A DNA stretch of 64,000 nucleotides, from positions 62,124,001 to 62,188,000 of the forward strand of contig OX597823.1 of NCBI GenBank assembly GCA_951406725.2, given 5' to 3'. Below the pieces are notes generated by a model that saw nothing but the letters and a program-made list of their open reading frames with translations, did not search any database and was not told where the DNA came from. Position 1 is the first letter of the stretch, and each line of letters starts with the position of its first letter. The translations under genes and the position numbers were made by a program. This document shows, one piece after another, positions 39,355-52,280 of the stretch. This DNA is from Octopus vulgaris. Its lineage: Eukaryota.

Positions 39355-39695
39355 ATATGCTGAGACCCCCTTCGGTCATGACTAAACATGGGATTGCACC
39401 TAGAAAGTTACCCTCCCAAGCACAAGTACAGGCAAGGTTGTTTTTATGGAAGACCAGCAGTCGCCCATGCACACCGGCCTCCCCTCTCCATGACACCAGT
39501 GTCATCCAAGGGAAAGGCAAAGGCGAATACAGCTTGGCACCAGTGATGTTGCAACTCACTTCTACAGTTGAGTGAACTGGAGCAACGTGAACTAAAGTGT
39601 CTTACTCAAGAACACAACATGCAGCCCAGTCCAGGAATCAAACTCACAACCTCACAATCATAAGCCTGATGCTCTAACCACTGAGCCATGCACCT
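39355..39695 (-). mobile_element. tRNA-derived SINE family C (GCATGGCTCAGTGGTTAGAG head on minus strand)
   Basis: Nearly the same sequence as 1-356 (-). Partial copies at 5240-5390 +, 60595-60725 +, 44990-45110 -. Confidence 0.85.
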
Positions 39696-39999
39696 TCACC
39701 TCTTTCATCATCATCATCATTTAGCGTCCGCTTTCCATGCTAGCATGGGTTGGACGGTTTAACTGGGGTCTGTGAAGCCGGAAGGCTTCATCAGGCCCAG
39801 TCAGATTTGGCAGTGTTTCTACGGCTGGATGCCCTTCCTAACGCCAACCACTCCGCGAGTGTAGTGGGTGTTTTTTAGGTGCCACCTGCACAGGTGCCAG
39901 ACAGAGCTGGCGAACGGCCACGAACGGATGGTGTTTTTACGTGTCACATATATTATAATGGAATAATTACTATGAAGCATTGTGTAGAATATATTGTAT

Positions 40000-40620
40000 A
40001 AAAGATCGTGGGTAAGGTCAAAGCAATGCGAAGTAAATGCAAGGTAAATCACAAGAAATCAAATATGTGAATTAATGTAGACTTACCTTGTATTCAATAT
40101 TTCGGGGTTATGACCCCATTTTCAAGAAATTGATGTATGTTGCATGTGTGTTAGCGTGTGTGGAGTGGACATGCACAGAAAGGTGTTGCTATAGCAACCA
40201 GCTAGCTTACTATAACTCCCTTCTATTATTGACCTTGGGTTTCTTTTGGTGTGTGAGGATAATCTCAGAGATCCTAAGGTTGCTCCTGTTCTGCTGTGTT
40301 GCCTTGAAGGGCACTGTAAACTCCCGGGTCTGGCATTTCCGTAGATGTTTCTTCACGGAAGTGTCTGCTTGCATGTGTTCTTTAATGCATATATGCAGTT
40401 TTCTTGTGTGCTTCCAATGTAGGATGCACCACATTTTCCACAGATGATCTCATATATGACATAAGCCCTCTGGCACAATTCAGGGTCATTGATGGGGCAG
40501 TTCAACAATGTGCACTTGCCAGAGGTGCCAAGCAGTGAGCAAACCTCAAATGACATTATTGTGAAGTAAACCTCTGAACCACACAGATATGCACGTGTCT
40601 CTTGATAGCTTAATCATTCC
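40000..40620 (-). mobile_element. Penelope-like element remnant: frameshifted GIY-YIG endonuclease plus pseudo-LTR
   Basis: C..AYVIYEIICGKCGASYIGST, frameshift, then RKLHICIKEH...SVKKHL..C...NLRISEIIL..QKKPKVNNRREL*. Downstream CTTGAAAATGGGGTCATAACCCCGAAA resembles a degenerate pLTR hammerhead. Confidence 0.85.
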
Positions 40621-40677
40621 ATTATGTTGACATCAATTTACATTAAACATATTTATTTATTTTTCTTTTACTTGCAG

Positions 40678-40779
40678 GAAATAGAATGTACCAACTTGCA
40701 GACATTGCTATTTTGTATACACGCTTTCCTCTCGGCTAAGTTAGCATCGGTGGACCCTGGCTTCCTGCATAATTTCTGA
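40678..40779 (+). CDS. SNTG1: Gamma-syntrophin terminal coding exon: EIECTNLQTLLFCIHAFLSAKLASVDPGFLHNF*
   Basis: CTTGCAG acceptor, TGA at 40777-40779. Motif CIH.F..AK.A..DP.FL. Confidence 0.96.
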   Translation, partial: EIECTNLQTLLFCIHAFLSAKLASVDPGFLHNF

Positions 40780-41076
40780 CAGTTTGAAAACATTTTCGCT
40801 GTAATCAACCAATACAACCTTATGTTCTGTCTTACTGTCTTGTTCCAATGACTGGTGACAACTTTTTCAACTTTGAACCCATTGAAACACCATGTGCCAC
40901 TTAGTGTCATTCAAGAAGAAAGACTTAACTTGTTTCGTCCATAGGGAAACCAAAGCTGTGTTTGTTATTCACAATCTGAACACATCTCGTCAGTTGATAA
41001 TATCAGTCCTAGCTAAGGTTGCTAACTAACACCTATTCCCCATTTCTTCCTTGTTTTTTTTTTGTTATTATTATTA

Positions 41077-41128
<52 letters not shown>

Positions 41129-42147
41129 TGTTTTACTTTCCAAAGCTTCTGTTTGAAGCTACAAGTTGCTGACCAAAATACAAACAAAAAAAAAAAGAAG
41201 AAAAGACTTTTAATCTCTCCCAAAACAACAACAAAAACAAAATTTGTTCCTGTATATTTTTGTAGAAAATTTGTTAAAGATTATTTGGAGGTTAAAACAA
41301 ACAAACAAACAAAAAAAAGAAAACAGAAGAAAAAAATGGAGCATTTGATTTGTTGAGACATTCTAGCTAAAATTGTTTTTTGTCTTTGAACAATTACCAT
41401 TTGATGTAAAAGTGTAATTGAGACTGCAAAGGTTGTGTTTGATGAAATATTCTAAACAATTGTGTTGACTGTAAATTGGTGTGAAGAACCAATATATTTG
41501 GTAATTATACATGTTACTTGGTGAAATATTATAAACTATTGTAACCCTAATAATATCTTCTAAAGCCATTTCTATCCTATATTACTTGGTATATTAACAT
41601 ACAGTATGAACCTATAATATATATATATATATATATATATCATATGCCAGTTCATTTCATTAGCATTTTCTCATGTGCATGTTTGCATGCCCATATCAAG
41701 TAACATGTCAAAAGTATGGAGCAAATATGGTTGCTGCTACGATAAGTAGAGTTGAGCTTATGTGGGCTGCAGAAAATATATTCATGAAAATCTCTTTAAA
41801 ATAAGAGACTCCCCTTAATTAAAAAGAAAATGAATGATAATCTAATAATCATATAAGCTTCTTAAGAAATGTTTTAAGGAGTTTTTTGTCATGTGGAAGA
41901 ATTCTGAATCTCATTTACTTCATTAAACACTGATTTTTTTTTTGTTTTTATTACATTGCCACACATTCTCAAAGGGTTCAGGTCAAGGTACTATACTGAC
42001 CATGTCATTTGAGAAATATGTTTATTACTTTACATTTTCACTGAGCTTTCTGCTAAGATCTATGGGAAGTGGCATTTAACAGCTTGGTAGATGAATGGGT
42101 TATTTCAAAATATATTGGCTACTTGCCACAAACCAGTGTGAAATTAT

Positions 42148-42189
<42 letters not shown>

Positions 42190-42191
<2 letters not shown>

Positions 42192-42760
42192 AGATGAAAT
42201 TCACTTCATCTGACCCAGTAATATCAACTCTACCATATGTGGTACATACCCAAAACATATAGTTTACTTTTGTTGGAATTCTCTCTTGGTTCAAAAACAA
42301 TATGGTTTCCATTTCTAATAAGGTTTTCTCAAAGCAAAATCAGATTTGCTTTTTCCAATGACTTTTGGGATTTTTCTTCAGAAAAGTTCCATATTCTGCC
42401 ATTGGTTCATTGTCCTGTGTCCTTTTATTAACCTTGCACCATAAACTCGCCTCTGACCAGACTGTTGATTTTTCTTTTTAACAAACTGAGAAAGGCTACC
42501 AAATTTTGCAATTCTTGTAACCGTCCTCGTATGATCTTCCATTGAGCTATTCTCATGGAAACAAGCTGAGGTTCTGTTTTGTTAAATACTCATGTATTAC
42601 CATTACAAACATTTAAAATTATTCTTTGAGTTTCTTTTACTAAGTGTAAATATTTTCCAGTACCCATCTGGTCAATACAGCCAGTTGTGGCTCACCATTT
42701 TGAGGGTTATTTTTTAACCCTTCTTCATGTTTCAAATTTCTTCAGTATCTTTGTCATGGT
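42190..42760 (-). mobile_element. Possible very decayed Tc1/mariner transposase fragment
   Basis: Residual TIRGRLQE and TMNQWQNM segments in shifting frames; weak. Confidence 0.3.
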
Positions 42761-43439
42761 AGACAGTGATAATGACATGTCAAATACTCAGGCCGTTTCT
42801 GGTTATATATAGTATCAGTATCTCATTTCATATCAAAGATACAATAACTTTACTCGGACATCTATTGTCAGTTTACCACCAACCCCAAACCCCCACCACC
42901 CTGGCTACAACCACTAGATTTAGATTAAGCATGATTACATTATGTGAAATTTTATCACCCACTCATACCAATGTCATCCATTGTAAAATAAAATAAAACA
43001 ATATCACATTTCATTTCTTTGTCCTTGAAGACGTTTGAATTTTCAAATAGATGGTCTTGTGTTAAAATTGAAATTATGAGAAGAAAGAAAAAACTAAACA
43101 AAAAACCACAACATTGTGTGTGTGTGTGTGTGTACACATTTATGCCTGTTAATCAATATACCTATATACATACTATTTTGCAATATTTTTCTTTCTATTC
43201 TTTTTTCTTTTTCAAGACAGTAAAGATTTATTAAATGTTATAATATAGGATGAGTGCTTTAACATAGTATTCTAATATAATCTAGTAACTTAATATCATA
43301 ATATAGAAAAAAAATTGATACATATATAAACCTAATTTCCAGCTATGCTATGCTTTAGCTTCCTCTATACCAAACTAATAATAATAATTTTTTTCCTAAT
43401 GTGGCTCAAGGCCAGAAATTTTAATAATAATAATTCATT

Positions 43440-44090
43440 AAAAATAGATATAACAATCCTCTCAAGTACGAAAAAGCCCAGCTATGGAAAATGAAGGTGT
43501 AGTGGATCTTGCATGCATGAAGTGGATTCGATCCACCACAGCCAAAATTAAATTAGCACTGCTACAGAACTTTTCCCACGGTGGAATAATGGTTTTTCTC
43601 TGATAGCAGTTTTACATTTTCCAGATGCCTTTAGCCAGGCTGAAATAATGTCTTCACCACTTGACCTTTTCTAACCTCTTCTACTTCACTAAAAGCTAGA
43701 ATAGAGATAACAAGACCACCAACTAAATCTATTGTTCTCAATGATATATCTATCCTTCTAGATAGTTATATAAGCAAGCATACCCCAAGCAAAAAGCCAG
43801 TTCGTCACAGTCGTGACGACTCAACGAAGTCTAGCTGACCAGCTAGAACATTAGTCAGAGGGAGAAAGCAACTGTGAGACAAAGGCAGTATCAGAAGGCA
43901 TCAAGAGGAATATAAAGTAAATCAGAATAGAGTGCCCAGTAGAACTGTTACAAATGGTTTGCTTCCTTAGCACAGTCAGAATAATCAGGAAAGTATTAGA
44001 TAGTTGAAAAGAACAGATAGCATGGTACTGTAGACTACAGGCATAAAGCCTGTTATTCATGCAAGACTTCAGGACTTACAACAAAACCTG
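43440..44090 (-). mobile_element. Decayed LINE 3' end, possibly L1/Tx1-type zinc-knuckle region
   Basis: Minus translation NNRLYACSLQYHAICSF... resembles a zf-RVT-like segment; multiple stops. Confidence 0.35.
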
Positions 44091-44296
44091 TGATAAAAAA
44101 AATTCTATAAAATATAGCATTAATATCTTTATAAAATCTAATTTTATTTTATGTAATTTTATGGGGTAAACTTTAATTTGTTCAAAATTTTGTTAGGTAA
44201 GTTTAAATTTACTCTCCCAAAATTTTGAATTTAATGAAAAGATATTACAGTCAGTTAAAATTGCCTTTAAGAAGCCCATGTGTGTATGTGTGCTTC

Positions 44297-44347
<51 letters not shown>

Positions 44348-46150
44348 TGTTGAACTTTAGATTTTGTAAAATTCTTAGAATTTAATAATCAGTACCAAAT
44401 GAAATGTTTTTTTTATATGAAGCCATGGAATTCTAGAAGAATAATTCTTATAGTAAAGGCATGGGAATATTCCTTTCATTAAAACTAAAATCAATAATTT
44501 TTTTCAATTACTTTCTAACAAAGTTACAAACTAGAATGGTTAGCTTTTAGAATTTAATTTTTAATGTCCACAATATTGGCATGCAAACTTGGATAAATTT
44601 TAAATACTTGGTGAGAGGAGGGTTAAAATGGAATTGGAATAATTTAGAATGCTGTTTATGATCTAAAGAAATTTTCAATAGCCATTAGGTTGAGGTGACA
44701 TGCTGCTGGTTACATGGTTGTGAGGTCAAGATAAGGTGTGGTTATGTCTACCTTGAAAAGATATATGGATATGTTTGTTCTAGTGCATTTAATGGAAAAA
44801 ACAGATTCCATCCTTACTTTGTCAATTTGGAGTAGGAAGGGTACTCAGTCAGCAATACAGTTTCTTCCTTAATAGAGAAAATTCTAGATTTACATAATAC
44901 ATTCTATCCATAATGATTGTCCAGTGTGTTGTAGCCATCAAAGGAATGTTGACATCTTGCATTCGCTACACTTGGAGCTAAAAGTCTGCAAGATGTCACT
45001 CTGCAGTAGAAGCAATTATTTTCAGCTGCATGGATTGGCACAACATGAAATATGTCTTACTCAAGGACACAATGCAATCTGGACTACAAAAAAAGTTGCT
45101 CACCTTCACATGCCATCCATAATAATACAGAAAAATACTTATTAGATAATGATTTTAAAATGACAATAGACAATCAATAAATTAATAAAGCTGCAAAGCT
45201 ATATCTAAAGGAATATCCAGTTTGGAGGGTGTGGAAAATCTCTGTCTTCGCTTGCAAGAAATGTCAGATATGAATCCATAAAAGTGAAGCATTTTCTCTG
45301 ATAATAATAGGTTTTACCCTTTAGCATTCAGATTACTCTGCGAAATGTAATGCTTATTTATTCACATTATTTTGAATTAATTATGCATTATTTTTTGCCT
45401 TTAGTAGAAAGGATTATTATTATTATCGTTATTAAATCATCTGTAAGACTAGCCAAATTATGTTATACTCCATTTGATAAATCAAGTTATAAACTTTACA
45501 TATGCAAGTGGTATTATATAGAAATGAAAGAGTACTCTATATAGTGTAACAAGTAGAGTAAATATTTCTTTATTTTTAAATATCATATATAAGTTAGTCG
45601 ACTACTTTCCCATTGCTTCAAGTTTTGACGGTAAAAGCTGTCATTGGGGGGAAGAGTAGCAGCTACTGGAGCCTGAAGCAAATTATGCAAGATTATAAGC
45701 ATCTGAAGATTGCTGGTCATTCTGGCATGAAATTTGAAGTAGGTGAAATGTAAACTTCAACTTTAATATATTGCACACACACAAATATGTAATATATATA
45801 TACATAATTAATTGACTGAGAAGTTACAAAAGTGATGGGAGGACCAAGAGTTCAGGGCATTGCACTTTAATTTGATAAGTGCCTTGTCTAAAACTCTTGG
45901 TCCATGATCCAATTCCGTAACTTTCAAGCCAGTTAAAATTATACAATATATTAATGTTGTGGTGTTTTGTTTTGTTTTGTACTTTTTGTGTGGGAATATT
46001 ATACAGTGATTAAACTTTATCTGATCTTGAACTCAGTGTGAAATAAATATGTTTATCGTAAGTGGTGACATTATACATTTTGCTGGGCCAGAAGCTCTGA
46101 CAAACCATCCAGTCTAGTGTAACTTTTATATATCTGTCACCTGTTTATGA

Positions 46151-46205
<55 letters not shown>

Positions 46206-46593
46206 TGTGTATATCTTTATTGTTGGATGACAAAGGAACAGGAATTATGTAATTAACCTAAAGAAGTTGTTACTACATATAACTGTGTATATATTGAGGG
46301 TATTAATTTCAATATGCCTAAGCAAAATCATGAGTGTGTGATATTGTATAAATATATATATATATACAAGTATATATAAATATATATAAATTTAATGAGT
46401 ATATAGAGATAAATTATCCAGGTGAGTACTGTATATGCACTCTGGTATAATCTGGGTTCAGGCTAATCACATTGAGTAGTAAAGAACACCTAGGATTACT
46501 TATGGTGAGCAATCCCACTGTAATTCATCCAATGCGTAAATCCTGGAATCGCTTCACTGGACTATGAATATTTTCAGGAGTGTAAATCCGTAA

Positions 46594-46918
46594 TAATTAC
46601 AATGAATATGGAGACTGATACACCAGTATATTTTCTTTTTTTCAATTTTCATTTTTACAGTTAATTAAATGGCAGAAATGGTTTATATATAACTGGTACG
46701 TGTTTCTGCTGCATAGCAAATATGCAGTTGCAAATGTGGCTTGAATTGAACCACATTTGTGGACAGACCTTGAATAAAGGTGCATAGTTGAAAATAGCTG
46801 ATTGGAAATGCTGCACAAACACGTGTCGGTCATATATCAACCAATTATGCTGTATGATTAACTGTAAAAATTAAAATAAAAAATATGCAGATGTACTAAT
46901 CTCCATACTCATTATAAT

Positions 46919-46920
<2 letters not shown>
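46594..46920. repeat. Imperfect fold-back element (arms about 115 bp) flanked by (TA)n
   Basis: TAATTACAATGAATATGGAGAC... versus ...CTCCATACTCATTATAATTG. Internal hairpin CAAATGTGG/CCACATTTG at 46731-46759. Confidence 0.75.
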
Positions 46921-46973
<53 letters not shown>

Positions 46974-47044
46974 TATATATTGATAAAAATGGTAAGACAA
47001 CAAAAGAATGAAAGAGACCTCGATATTATGTAAATAGAGGAATT

Positions 47045-47216
47045 TATCTATAAATGTAATATGTGACAATTATTCGGTAGCCACGATGAAACTCTGAGGA
47101 TTTTTTCCGCTGTCGGATAACTGAAGAGATGGCAGCATGGATTTCCACCCCGGCATCCGAAACTCGGAGTTTTATCATGGCTACCGAATAATCATTACAT
47201 ATCACATTTACAGATA
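47045..47216. repeat. Fold-back element, 54-bp arms (47045-47098 / 47163-47216)
   Basis: By hand alignment the arms differ at 8 of 54 positions, all transitions; overlaps the hammerhead motif. Confidence 0.85.
47116..47176 (+). ncRNA. Minimal type I hammerhead ribozyme motif (Penelope-type)
   Basis: GATAA-CTGAAGA-GATG...CATC(C)-GAAA-CTCGGAG-TT-TTATC: perfect 5-bp stem I, intact core, near-palindromic stem III ACTC-G-GAGT, GUU site at 47169-47171. Confidence 0.62.
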
Positions 47217-47787
47217 TATATATGTGTGTGTGTGTGTGTGTATAAGAAATCATTTAAGTACTAACACATTTTTTTTCAATAGTAGTATCAAGTTATTTAT
47301 GTAAAAAGAAATAAAAAGGAAAATCATAAGCAATACAAAACTTAATGTAAGTGATCTATTTTTTTATTTTTGTTTCCTTGTATGAAATTTATGGTTATTT
47401 TGATAATTTTTGCATAGAAGAGAGAACATTTGTTAAAACTCATCTAAAATTTCAACATTTTTATCATTTCGTTGCCAATGTTCTTGCCTATATAATTTTA
47501 CAGATTTGCTTTCTTCCTTTCTGTTATGCTATATTTTGGATTAAACTCCATTCAAGAAAGATAGATAAAATATATATATATATATATATTACTAAGTTCA
47601 ATATGAGTGTGTTTATGATACCAATGTGCATTAAAAGAAATGAAGAGAAGTAGGGGAGGGGAAATGTGTGAATTCTGAAAGATCTTGGTTGTGAAGAATT
47701 TGTGATAACATAAAGAGTAATATATATGTATATATGCATATATATATATATATGTATGTATATATGCATATATATATATATATATAT

Positions 47788-47966
47788 AAATTAGAGAAAA
47801 TTGTAATTCAAACAATGATAGACATAAACCAAATCATAAACAAAAATAAAATATATTATAAAACATAATCTGGTTATATGTTTTATAATATAGTTTATTT
47901 TTTATTTATGATTTGGTTTATGTCTATCATTGTTTGAATTACATAATAGTGGTCTTTCTCTAATTT
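47788..47966. repeat. Near-perfect AT-rich inverted repeat (about 66-bp arms, 9-nt loop) in (TA)n
   Basis: 47802-47867 is the reverse complement of 47877-47943 with 2-3 differences. Outer AAATTAGAGAAA/TTTCTCTAATTT. Confidence 0.9.
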
Positions 47967-48061
47967 ATATATATATTACATATTTACATTGTGAAATTTG
48001 ATTTAATGCTAAATTGAATTTTTCCCTGTAAGTTTGGAGTTATACTCCTTAATATTATTAC

Positions 48062-48064
<3 letters not shown>

Positions 48065-48097
<33 letters not shown>

Positions 48098-48138
48098 TCA
48101 TCATCATCATCATCGTTTAACGATGATGATGATGATGA

Positions 48139-48171
<33 letters not shown>
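48065..48171. repeat. Perfect palindrome (TA)n-(TCA)n-CGTT-T-AACG-(ATG)n-(TA)n
   Basis: Centre at 48118; arms are exact reverse complements. Confidence 0.85.
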
Positions 48172-48208
<37 letters not shown>

Positions 48209-49052
48209 TGTTTTTATTTTAGTTCAATTAAACTTGAGGCAGTCAGATATGGTTGAGGTGATGGTTTGAAATTTCAAGCCAGTCTCTTGTAGAAGTTACT
48301 TGTGTATGGTGTGTGTGTGTGTGTGTGCATGCACGCTTCCTTTCTCATGCATATCTTTATGAGATTATGTTCAATATGTGATCCTCTTCACGGATTAGTG
48401 ATAAGTCAGAGGGGAATCTGTGCAAGGATGATGATATGAATCCTACCTACACAGCTTCATACTACTATGACCCATATAAAAAGTTAATCTTTTACTGGTC
48501 CTATGCATGACCTGGTTGTAGACACATCACAGGGCACCACTATCGGTCAAAAGGAAAACGTGATTTTTCGTTGATCTGTTTTTCAATTCATTGAAGCTCA
48601 GTTTCTATCAACATTTATTTCTTCTAGCAAAAAGAAAAAAACATACTATTCTGTCTTTTTTTAATTTAGACAGTTAATATTGTTCGATATTGTTCAATAG
48701 TCATGAAGTAAAATGGTACAACAAATAAAGCACTATCAGGTTCAACTAGAACAAGCTAACATATATATTGACCCAGTTTGCTAGAAATAGCAGCCAAAAT
48801 TACATACACTCTTTCATTTAATAATTTATTCCTAGATACACTTAGATTGAATAAAAATAACTGAATGGTCATGGCTGGAATGTCTTTGATAAAGTCTGTT
48901 CTATCAGTCTAACCTGGGGATCAAAAAAAGAAAATTAAAAATAAAATAGTAAGTATAGCTTCCTCAAATCACACTCCACATCTTTCTTTTTTCTTTAAAA
49001 AAAAAAGAGGTGAGGAATAAATTAGATAATGTAGTCATAGACAGAATGACAT

Positions 49053-49214
49053 AGGCGTAGGAGTGGCTGTGTGGTAAGTAGCTTGCTTACGAACCACATG
49101 GTTCCGGATTCAGTCCCACTGCGTGGCACCTTGGGCAAGTGTCTTCTACTGTAGCTTCAGGCTGACCAAAGCCTTGTGAGTGGATTTGGTAGATGGAAAC
49201 TGAAAGAAGCCCGT

Positions 49215-49249
<35 letters not shown>

Positions 49250-49462
49250 GTGTGTATATGTTTGTGTGTCTGTGTTTGTCCCCACCAACATCACTTGGCA
49301 ACCGATGATGGTGGGTTACGTTCCCGTAACTTAGCGGTTCGGCAAAACAGACCGATAGAATAAGTACTAGGCTTACAAAGAATAAGTCCTTGGTTCGATT
49401 TGCTTGACTAAAGGCGGTGTCCCAGCATGGCCACAGTCAAATGACTGAAACAAGTAAAAGTG
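49053..49462 (+). mobile_element. tRNA-derived SINE family A, near full length (GGCGTAGGAGTGGCTGTGTGGTAAG head, central TA/TG microsatellite, GACTGAAACAAGTAAAAG tail)
   Basis: A-box/B-box-like head (TGGCTGTGTGG, GGTTCAGTCCC-like). Many similar copies in the window. Confidence 0.9.
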
Positions 49463-50142
49463 TAAAAGAAAATGTCTCAATGAAAGGGGAGGATCAGAGT
49501 TGGAACACCTGTTTGATCTGAACTGACTCAGGGCTAAACAAGAACGGCCTGCTAATCTGGAGGTTGAATATTTGTGTAAAAGAGATACTTCATATAAATA
49601 ACTGTTATATTTTACATGCAGATTCATTAAAAAAGAAAGAAAAATAGAATTAATAATTAAAATTTATTATTTAGGTTCCTTTTATATTTTTAAAAAATCT
49701 TTTAACAACACATTGTTAATTTTTGATGCTTTAAATTCTATGCTACCAAAAGGAAGAAATGATGAAATTGAAAACTTGAATGAACTCTAAATATACTTTC
49801 ATTTTTACATTGTTGTATACAATCAAATATAATATCTAGCAGTTGTTACAGCATTATTGACATTTGAATTATAAGTAGTGGTTAGCACTGCCATATGGCA
49901 AACAAGAGATTAAATTCTTGTTGGCAACCTTGCAACGTCTGTCTTACTTTATATGTAAAACCATAGGTAGATATTTACAAACTGTGTTCGCCATTGAGAA
50001 AGCAGCTTGTATGAGGAATCCTAGTTAAGTTGAGGCTTCTAATTTACATGGTTGAAGCTGTGAGGTCACTCTGGAGCATCGCCATATGGTTTACAACAGG
50101 CATGAAGTACAATTGGCATAAGTAATCTTGCAATTTTTTTCT

Positions 50143-50438
<296 letters not shown>

Positions 50439-51889
50439 TTCTGAGAAAAAACAGATATTTTCAAATCATTTTTACATGGAAAAGACCCATAAAATATAAC
50501 ACATATAATTACAATTCAAACTTGTATTAATAACAAACCTAATTTCCTTTTTGGATATTAGCAACATGGTAGCTAATAAAAAGTAACATTTAATTGCTTC
50601 TGTTTTCAAAATCAATCAATTTGTCAACCTTGTTTTTAAAACTTTAGAACGTTTTCAATTTTTTTTTTTTTCCTTAAAATCTTGAACTTTTAATTTAATC
50701 ATATAGCAAACTCCTTCAGCAATAAACTATATCAGTTACAGGGAAACATTTTGGAGGGCTGCTAAATCTATTTTTTTCACATAAATATAGTCATTTTATA
50801 AAAACTCAAAGAAAACGAAAAAGTGAATTTTTGGAACAAGCACAGCTATAGCCATCATAGCAGTATTTTAGGCCATTATCAATGCACTGGGCTCAAAAGT
50901 ATGTATTGACAGCTTTAAGATGGTGCTGAATACAGTTGCTGTAAATTTTTCCACCTACCAAAAGTTTTCTTTGGATTCCTATGTCTTAAACACAGCTGTA
51001 ATTATTTCAAATAAGTAATTACATTTCTAGATAAAGAAATATAGGTGTTTCTAAAATTCATAATTAGATGAAAAGGTAGGCAGATAGGCTTTAAATATAA
51101 CTAAAAATGTATATTTTATTACGATTTTTCCTTCATACATCTTTCAGAAGGCCACTCTTAACAAGTGTCCAACCTCTGAATTAGATCAGTAGTAAAGAAT
51201 AAATAAGTATAGAATCATGTCCATGTGTGTTTAGTCTCATTGTGAAATGAGGAGCTTGGTCTCTTTCTACAGCTTGGGATAAAACCTAAACTGACTAATT
51301 TTGTCATTATTTAATTCATTAAGATTGCTACTCCAGTATCAGATCAATAGCATTTTTTTCCTATAGACTAGCTTATTGTATACAATGCCCAGATGCACTA
51401 CAATTCACCAGAAAAAGAAAAAAGAGGGGTAAGAAAGCTACAATAAATTAAGAAAGCCAAAAGTGAATTCACAGAATAAAACGCAAAACACAGAAATTGA
51501 ATAGTAAGAGCCATAAAAATGGAAAGATGCAGTGTTCTAACAGCTAACAACCAACATTGGTAGTTTATTCTACCCTTTGACAATTCTAAGTGAAAATATT
51601 CAATGTGCATTTGTTATAAATAAACTTGCTGTAAATTGTTTGATACAGTTCCGATCAGTTTGTTGTTCAGTGAAACTTAAGAAGAAAATCAAATATATCA
51701 TAAAGTTAGGGCGCTAAAATAACTAGAAATCTTCCAATGGAAGAAGAGAAAGGTTTGTGCAATATTTACTCTTACTGTATTTTCTAATGTGAATGAAAGG
51801 TCAAACATTTTGATGGCAGTAGTGACAAATAGTCTATTATATCAACCCTAGTACTTGTCAGATATTTTATTTTATCAACCTTATTTTAT

Positions 51890-52280
51890 AGGCATAGGAG
51901 TGGCTGTGTGGTAAGTAGTTTGCTTACCAACCACATGGTTCCGGGTTCAGTCCCACTGTGTGGCACCTTGGGCAAGTGTCTTCTACTATAGCCTCGGGCC
52001 GACCAAAGCCTTGTGAGTGGATTTGGTAGAAGGAAACTGAAAGAAGCCTGTCATATATATGTATATATGTATGTATGTGTGTATATGTTTATGTGTTTGT
52101 CCCCCCAACATCACTTGACAACCAATGCTGGTGTGTTTACGTCCCCGTAACTTAGCATTTCGGCAAAGAGATCGATAGAATAAGTACTAGGCTTACAAAG
52201 AATAAGTCCTGGGGTCAATTTGCTCGACTAAAGGCGGTGCACCATGGCCACAGTCAAATGACTGAAACAAGTAAAAGAAT
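51890..52280 (+). mobile_element. SINE family A copy
   Basis: Near-identical to 49053-49462. Confidence 0.9.

Noticed and set aside
39775-39800. CTGATGA motif in SINE D as a hammerhead core
   Set aside because: No following GAAA or stem III after the hairpin.
49053-49130. tRNA genes at SINE heads
   Set aside because: A/B boxes are present but there is no cloverleaf, and they run into SINE bodies.
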